In this document: positions 56,653 through 64,000 of the stretch, in pieces
Position numbering within the stretch: position 1 is the first letter of the stretch
Layout of the letters: every line of letters begins with the position of its first letter
NCBI GenBank assembly: GCA_012295275.1
Contig: CM022672.1
Coordinates: 33,790,001-33,854,000 of the forward strand
Source of the DNA: Chrysomallon squamiferum
Lineage: Eukaryota > Animalia > Mollusca
Length of the DNA stretch: 64,000 bases
Direction: 5' to 3'
Notes under the pieces: generated by a model
What the model was told of the DNA's origin: nothing
The model's database searches: none
The model's input: only the letters and a program-made list of their open reading frames with translations
Translations under genes and position numbers: made by a program

Positions 56653-58399
56653 TTATATGCAACTACTACCACAATACAAACAGCTACAACTGTTATTACT
56701 ATATGTTAATTATAGTAATACTTAATATATATGTATACTGCTATTATTATTATTATTACTACAGCTATTATTACTATACTATTGTTACTATATTTAATGT
56801 GCTATTACTGTATTATTATCATTATTATTATTATTATTATGTGTGATGTGAAAAAGCTGAATAATAATGGCTTTATAGATTTCTTTCATAAATGCTAAGT
56901 AACTGCATTCTATCAACGAATTTACCTTAACAGCAGGACAGAATCTTTTGCATATACCTTCTCAGAGACAGTGAAAAAACATAATGCTTTTAACAAACAA
57001 CTCATATGACACTGATTGAAATAGGTAGTTACTCGGAAGTTCCTCTTAGGAGATTAGATCCTGGAACCATTTGGGGGAATTAATTTATATATGGTATCAA
57101 TGATGCATATCTGCCCAGGTATTACTGATATAACAGGTAATTAGCCAGAAGCTGCTGGAATCTATGGGGATTAATTTTTATAATTAATATTAGCCTAGTC
57201 TATGTACAGGTAACAAAAATGTATGTCTGACCAGGTGTTACTAGTGGAATAGGAAAAACTCAGCAGATGATCCAATGAGGATAGATCAAGAAACCTAAGG
57301 AGATTAATTATTGGATTTTAAACCTAAGAGTGGATTAATTTTTATAATTTTTAATTTCTGGATGAAGACAATCTGTATTCAGGTAACAGGTATTGCTTGC
57401 TAATCAGCAGGTACCCGCTGCTGTTAACACCTGCAGTAAAAGATTTCCACTAATCAAATTGACTCTTCTCCTCACCTGCCCACATTGTTTGCTGGTTATT
57501 GATTTCGGCACAACCAGGTAGGTCAATCACCTGATTTTCTGGTTTACCTTCACCACCAGGTAAAAACAAATAAGACAAAATAAAAAACAATTAAAATGAA
57601 ATAAATTGAAGACAGTGATGGGGGAAATTGAAACAGAAATTTAACACAGTTTTTCTGTTAGACAAAGAAAAGAAAATAATAATAAATTTAAATGTTAAAA
57701 TTAAAATGTATGATGAAATAATTAAATAGATTTTACATTCTGATAAGTAGAATGTGTATTAGATTCTGTATAAGACAGGTTTACTAAATCAGATATAATT
57801 ACTGACAGATTTATAACAGATTCTAAATAAATTATCAGACTGTAAATAAATTAAGTATATTTATTTCATTTTTATGCTGCTATACCTTAAAACAGTTTAT
57901 CATTGAAAATAATGAAATATCAGTTGATGATATGTTTGTGTATCAAACTCTCTCTCTCTCTCTCTCTCTCACTCTCTCTCTCTCTCTATAATATATATAG
58001 AAAGTGTAATATATAGAGAGAAGGAGAGAGAAAGGAGAGAGAACAGAAATTTTATTTATTTTTTCTAATGTTTCAAACAATTATTTTTAGACTAATATAA
58101 ATTATTTTAGATCCGTGTGAATATCCAGTGATTCTTTATGAACATAATTTTTTTTTCTGTCTCATGTCAGATTGTGAAACAGAAAAGTGTACAAAGCTAT
58201 GAAAGAAATGTCAAAGGGTTTGAAAAACTGTTACAGTTTCTGTCTAAATGTGTGTTTGACGAGTACACAGAAAGTGTTTACTCATTCTCTGCTCGAGTGT
58301 TATGAGTAATACACTGCATAACGCACCTGTGTAATACCACTGCCGTATTTCACTTTCTCACAAGTAAAGAAAATACGCGACAAAGGTTAGTTACACTAG

Positions 58400-58985
58400 C
58401 CATGGGAATAAAGCATTGCAGAACAGAATATCAGTTTAGGATGAAGTACAGGCCCATTGGTTTGTTTCCCATTCAACATTTCTGGAGGAAGGAGTTGCTA
58501 GGTAATAAAGACCTTATCTTATCATGATCAGTGTTAGCTTCAAGTCCTGTTAACTGGACCCTGCTGGGTTTTTCCCATTCTAACTGTGCTGGGGAATTTC
58601 TTGCTCAATAGTAAAGAACTTACATTACAGTTGATCAGTTTAGAATATGTTACCCAGGTCCACTGATCTATTTCCCGTTCTAACAGAGCTGGGGAATGTG
58701 TTGCTCAATAGTAAAGAACTTACATTATAGTTGGTCAGTTTGGGATATGTTTACCAGGTCCATTGATCTTTTTCCCGTTCTAACACAGCTGGAATAAAGA
58801 ACTGAACTTATGTCAATCAGGTTAGGATCAAATCCAGTTCACTAGGATCATTGGACTTTTTCCCATTCTGAACTGAACTGGGGAGGATATTGCTAAGTAG
58901 TGAATAACTTTTACCTTATGACTGATCACTTCAGGGATCAAATTCTTATGGAGCTATATCTCATTCCAACCAGTGCTTCAGACCT
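58400..58985 (+). repeat. Tandem array of about 6 degenerate ~100-bp units derived from a tRNA-like SINE head
   Basis: TTTCCC(A/G)TTC anchors at about 58465, 58571, 58671, 58771 and 58859. Units contain A-box-like TGCTCAATAGTAAAG and B-box-like GGATCAAATCC. Confidence 0.6.
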
Positions 58986-59277
58986 TATAGGGTTGCAAGA
59001 GTCTTAATGCCATTTAACTTGTTTATCAAAATCTTTTTTCTTTTTTTCCTGACTGTGGGAAGGCTTTTAATGAATATTAATTACAGCTAGTTACAGCTAG
59101 TGTGTGTGTGTGAATATATGTCTGTAAATACATGTGTGTGTGTGTGTGTGTGTGTATATGTCTGTAAATACTGTCTGTTTGTGTGTGTGTGTGTGATACA
59201 CTGGTTATGTGAGTGTGTGTGTGTGAATATATGTCTGTAAATGTGAGTGAGTGTGTGTGTATATATGTCTGAAATGC

Positions 59278-59319
<42 letters not shown>

Positions 59320-60869
59320 TTCTATGTAGAGTTTTTGAGAGAGAAAGAGAGAGAAGGATATTTATAAACAATCATTGTGTTTATCTCTATTTGCTCCACT
59401 AAGTAATACTCAGTACATAAAGAATATCTGCTCTTGATGGTGCCAACTAAACTGATTACATTAACATATTTTCTTAACATTCTTTAACATTTTTTCCAGA
59501 CTAAAGTTTAGAATTGTTATCTAGAAAAGAAATAAAAATAAAAATATTCTAAAATGAAATCAGAAAAGAGAAATCTTTTGCTTGTGATGTTTGTTCCCAT
59601 TGTGGAATTTCAAGGCTGTTCAAAATTTCAAATATTTTAAATTCATGAAAATATTTAGAAATAAATCTCCATGTTTGAGCACGATGATCAAATATTGATT
59701 TCACAGCCACATTTTTTTGTTTTTTCATAGAGTTTATTTCTGTATAGATTCTGCAGAATTATTAGTTTAATGCAGTGTTCAATATCACACATGAAGTAAG
59801 CTGGCAAAACATCTTGTAATTGTTCGCCATGACAACACAACACTTCTCACCTCTGCCAGGTATTTCTTGGTTACCTGTAACGATGATATCAAGGTGATGT
59901 CCACTGTTTTCGTAACACTCGTCCAGGTATATAGGCTTTTCTCCCGTTGACCAAACTTGGGAGGTACCCAGTCTTTGTTTTTGTTTTATTGTTTGCATAT
60001 CAGAGTTTTGCTCAAACCCTTTTTAATCTGGCTATCGTTTGAAGAAAAACAGTGACAAAGAAAACTTTGGTTTTTAACACAACAATGTCATTTTAGTTGG
60101 AAGTGTTACTTCTAAAATGTGAATTGGTCTGGGGGGGTTTGGGGGGGTTGGTTTTGGGGTTTTTTTGGAGGGTTACTTTGGCATCAGAATTCAGTGAATA
60201 TAATCTAAAATTATTTATATCTGAAGAGTTTGTTTTAGTAAGAATTGTAAGGAATAATATTTATAATTTAATGTTCATGTAAATAATTGGAATGGTTTAT
60301 TTGTGATTTCAGTCTGTTGATATATGTCCTTCTTATTAAAAATAATTTTTTTCAGGTAAAAGTAATTATAATAATGTTTATTAAATTAATACTTTTTTTT
60401 TTTTTTAAACTATATTATTATTTCCTATTTATTTTTAACTGCATCATCATTATTTATCATTTTAACATTAACCATATCCTTAAGAAAAGTGACGTTAAAT
60501 TATGTGCAGCAAGTAATACATGCAAACAGTCTGCACACTTTGAAGCAGTTGCTTAATAATCTGAAGTGCATTACATTATTTTGAAGTTATCTGAATGACT
60601 TTAACATGATTATGTGTAATACATGAAGTATCTTTTAAAGTGATTACAGGAGTAACTTCAAGTACTGGGTGACTGTGACTTCTTTGAAGTCACAGCGTAT
60701 TTAACATAAATTGCTTTTAAGTGGTGGTATCCAAGTGGATATACAAGAAGGTTAATTCTATTCATAAACAAGCTGTTGGTTTAGATTCTCTGTAAACACA
60801 GAATTACACAAGCATTAAAAATAATGTAATGTTCATCATTAGTAAGATATACCTCAACTGATCATCATC

Positions 60870-61480
60870 ATTATGCTTTATATGTAGTAAAGATTGTTTT
60901 TCAGTAATCATTTAGAAATATACAAAACAGAGTTAAAAAGAGACAGTGTGTTTCATTATACTTTATGTGTAGTAAAGATTGTTTTTCAGTAATTCATTTA
61001 GAAATATACAAAATAGAGTTAAAAAGAGACAGTGTTTCATTATACTTTATGTGTAGTAAAGATTGTTTGTCAGTGATCATTTAGAAGTATGCAAAATAGA
61101 GTGAAACAGAGACACTGTTTGAAAATGTAATAATCATGATACTTTATTTGTAGTAAAGATTGTTTTCTTTTATTTAAATAATCATTTGGAAATATATATT
61201 TTAAAAAAAAGTTATGATTATTATGAACAGAATTTTTTTTTACACCACTTCACATCATAATCTTTATGTTTAGTAAAGATTGCTGTTTGGTAATTATTTA
61301 GAAGTATGGAGAATACAGTTTCAAAGAGATACTCTTTCAAAGTGTAATGATCAGTAGTAAACTGTAACACAAACAGATTATAATCACTTTATATGTAGTA
61401 AAGATTGTTTTTCAGTAATCATATAGAAGTATTCACAACACAGTTAAACAGAGATACACTTTCAAAATGTACCATAACCA
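60870..61480 (+). repeat. Tandem array of ~88-125-bp units (CTTTATGTGTAGTAAAGATTGTTTTTCAGTAATCATTTAGAA...)
   Basis: The GTAAAGATTG anchor repeats about 6 times. Confidence 0.85.
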
Positions 61481-61716
61481 ATTTACTGTTAAAAACCTTT
61501 AATAATTTAATCACTTGAACTGTTTGAGAGCACACACTGAGAGAGAGGTAGTTATGTTAGTTATCTCACATGGAGGGGGTAAATATATGAAATATCATGA
61601 CCCTGACCATATCAGCATAATTGCATGCAATCATCTTTGTTTATGCAGACAGTTTATAATTCATTTTCACAGCATGCGAAGGCCTGGGGTTAAAATATGA
61701 ACAGGGAGTTTACCAA

Positions 61717-61751
<35 letters not shown>

Positions 61752-62394
61752 ATTATAATAATGTTTATTAAATTAAAACCTTTGTTCAGTTTTGCCAGAA
61801 TGATTATTACCTCATTTATTTTTTAATTGCATCATTATTATTATCATTTAAAGTTAATTATATCATTTGAAAAACAGGAGGAGAAAAATGTTATTAATTC
61901 TTACAATTTTGTAATTGTCATAGATTTCGGAGTATTATAATATTAATATTAAGTATTAATTATGGTTATTCTCATTTATTTTTAACTATGTTTCTGTTTA
62001 AAATTAATTATATCAGTAAGAAAAACAGGAAGAGAAAATACTTTCAATTCTTGCAGTTATAAAAAAAGTCGTTTTGATTTCAGTGTATTAATGTTATTTT
62101 TATTATGCTTTCTGCTGTTTGTGAATCTGAGTGTTTCAGATGAACTGTGTTTGTTCACATTGTTCTGAATATGTCTAAAACAAACAGATGCCAGGCACAG
62201 GCTGTCTCCTCTTTCAGATTTATGGCTTGTTTCAACACAGGTTTGTATCATCTAACAGTGTGAATCAACAGCAGACACAGCCAATCATTTGTCTTCATTG
62301 GAGTGGTCTCCCACCTAGCTGACGTATAACTGAAATATCAAATACTTCCATGATTTGTTTCAAAATTCAAGATTCAAAATTCAAAAACAATAAA

Positions 62395-62885
62395 CTATGA
62401 TTATAATCATTTATGGTGTATTTTTACTTTTCCTAATGATCATTTCATTTTGAAAGAGTGACTCTGTTTAAATATTGTTTGTATAATTGATAAAATAACA
62501 ATCTTTGATAATCATAAAGTATAATGGTTATAATCAGCTATGATGTTTTACTGCTACTAATGAGTATTACATTTTGACAGTATTTCTCTTTCAGTGTAAT
62601 TTGTATACTTCTATTAATCAAAGAATATTCTTTACTAAAGATAAAGTATGATGCTTATAACAGGTTACGGTGTTTTTTACTCTTCCTAATGATTATTACA
62701 TTTTGAAAGAGTGACTTGGTTTAATTATATTTTGCATACTTCTAAGTGATTACTTGAAATTACTGAAAAACAACCTTTACTAAAGATAAAATTTTAATGA
62801 CTGTAATTAGTTGTGTGTATTTAACTAATGATCATTCATTTTGAAAGAGTATATTTGGTTTCAGTACACTTTGTATTTCTGAATA
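62395..62885 (-). repeat. Inverted array of the same ~120-bp repeat family as 60870-61480
   Basis: The reverse complement of 62690-62790 aligns with the unit at about 61045-61140. Confidence 0.8.
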
Positions 62886-63024
62886 TAACCTTTTATAAAT
62901 ATACTTGAATCCTAGTCATTTTCTTCCATGTATGATTATTATTATGATTTATTGGTTTAAAAACTAATTCTGGTTTATAAATGAATAATAAGCAAACTTG
63001 AAAAAACACATTAACATGTACACA

Positions 63025-63057
<33 letters not shown>

Positions 63058-63080
63058 TTCTCTGTTATCTGCATAAACAC

Positions 63081-63120
<40 letters not shown>

Positions 63121-63347
63121 CATAAACACACACACACACACACATCTGCAATGACAAATATACACATTTTTTCAGGTATACACCTATACAACATGAATAC
63201 TTGATCAAAGTACTAAACCCGACATAAACAAACAAGTCGTATTAACTCAAAACAGGTAATCTAAGCTGCAGCTAAATCCTGCATTTTAAGGAGACTGTTT
63301 CAACAGACACATAATTAACCCTTCGATTTATGTTTTTCATTTTGCAG

Positions 63348-63464
63348 TCTTCGAGTTGCCACGAAGACCCGGACGATTCAGCACTGCACGAGAAGCTCAA
63401 CAGTTCAGATTTTGACGAAAGTGTTGTCAGTACAAACATCCGTGAAAATGTGCTAGACTCAGAT
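63348..63464 (+). CDS. Internal coding exon of the plus-strand gene (SSSCHEDPDDSALHEKLNSSDFDESVVSTNIRENVLDSD)
   Basis: Acceptor tttttcattttgcag| and donor GAT|gtaagt enclose 117 nt, open, phase 0/0, with GC/CpG above the flanks. It is phase-compatible with exon 43464-43499. The peptide is acidic and low-complexity with no recognisable domain. Confidence 0.82.
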
Positions 63465-63875
63465 GTAAGTATTGTGTGTGTGTATGTCTCTGGGTTTGTG
63501 TGTGTGTGTGTGCATGTATTCTATGTGTGTGTTTATGTGTGTGTGTGTGTGTGTGTGTGTGCATGTGTCCATGTGTTTGGTTGTGTTTGTGTCTGTGTGT
63601 GTGTGTGTATGTTTTGTGTATGTGTGTGTGGGTTTGCTGTTTTTTTGTATGTGTGGTTTTAGCATCAATTTTATAGACTATTCTGAAAAAAACTGTATAT
63701 AACATTGTTTTCCCTTTTTAACAAAACTTTTAATACATTGCAATAACAGTTATATATCTGCTGTTCAGTAGAGTGTAAATGAAATTCTTCAAACAGTGAC
63801 TTTATACTTTACCACTTACAATATTCTGACTGCATAGCCTCTTTATGTGGAACTAGTTGGAACTGGATTTATATA

Positions 63876-63906
<31 letters not shown>

Positions 63907-64000
63907 ATTATAGATATATATAAATATACATATGCATATATAGATATATATAGATATACACATACACATATACATACATACAAGCTGTTTTATCCACCAT

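Noticed and set aside
60673-60695. Perfect 10-bp hairpin CTGTGACTTC-ttt-GAAGTCACAG as a terminator or Helitron end
   Set aside because: It is isolated, with no CTRR end or other element features, and is plausible by chance in 64 kb.

Overview
This is eukaryotic (metazoan) genomic DNA: very AT-rich, full of microsatellites and mostly intronic. Nearly all ORFs in the supplied track are translations of simple repeats. Degenerate tRNA-head/MetaSINE-like relics suggest a gastropod mollusc, possibly a peltospirid snail; this is inferred from my recall of that SINE family. Two genes diverge head-to-head from a CpG-retaining region at about 35.2-44.3 kb. (1) Minus strand: three coding exons (35584-35659, 1852-1976, 1013-1087) splice in phase to MMATQKRKFQIESFPCRVEGWLNVWGVDNETSKRVFRDGKQPLVLWERFFCVLLQDIGVLTCHRSEEFADERMKYKTLRRVRLSGWDKWWG*. 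This resembles the N-terminal PH-like segment of invertebrate raskol/DAB2IP/nGAP/SynGAP-family RasGAPs, but as assembled it stops after 91 aa. (2) Plus strand: two phase-0 exons (43464-43499, 63348-63464) encode the acidic N-terminus of an unidentified protein that continues beyond the window. The introns hold Tc1/mariner and Tigger-like relics, SINE-derived tandem arrays and many minisatellites. The most unusual observations are a three-armed inverted repeat at 56.46-56.65 kb with a let-7-like central arm flanked by two let-7-complementary arms, the premature stop or frameshift in RasGAP exon 3, a CRE/TATA/AP-1 module between the genes, and an inverted pair of satellite arrays just upstream of the plus-strand exon 2. 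No database searches were run; all homology calls are from recall.
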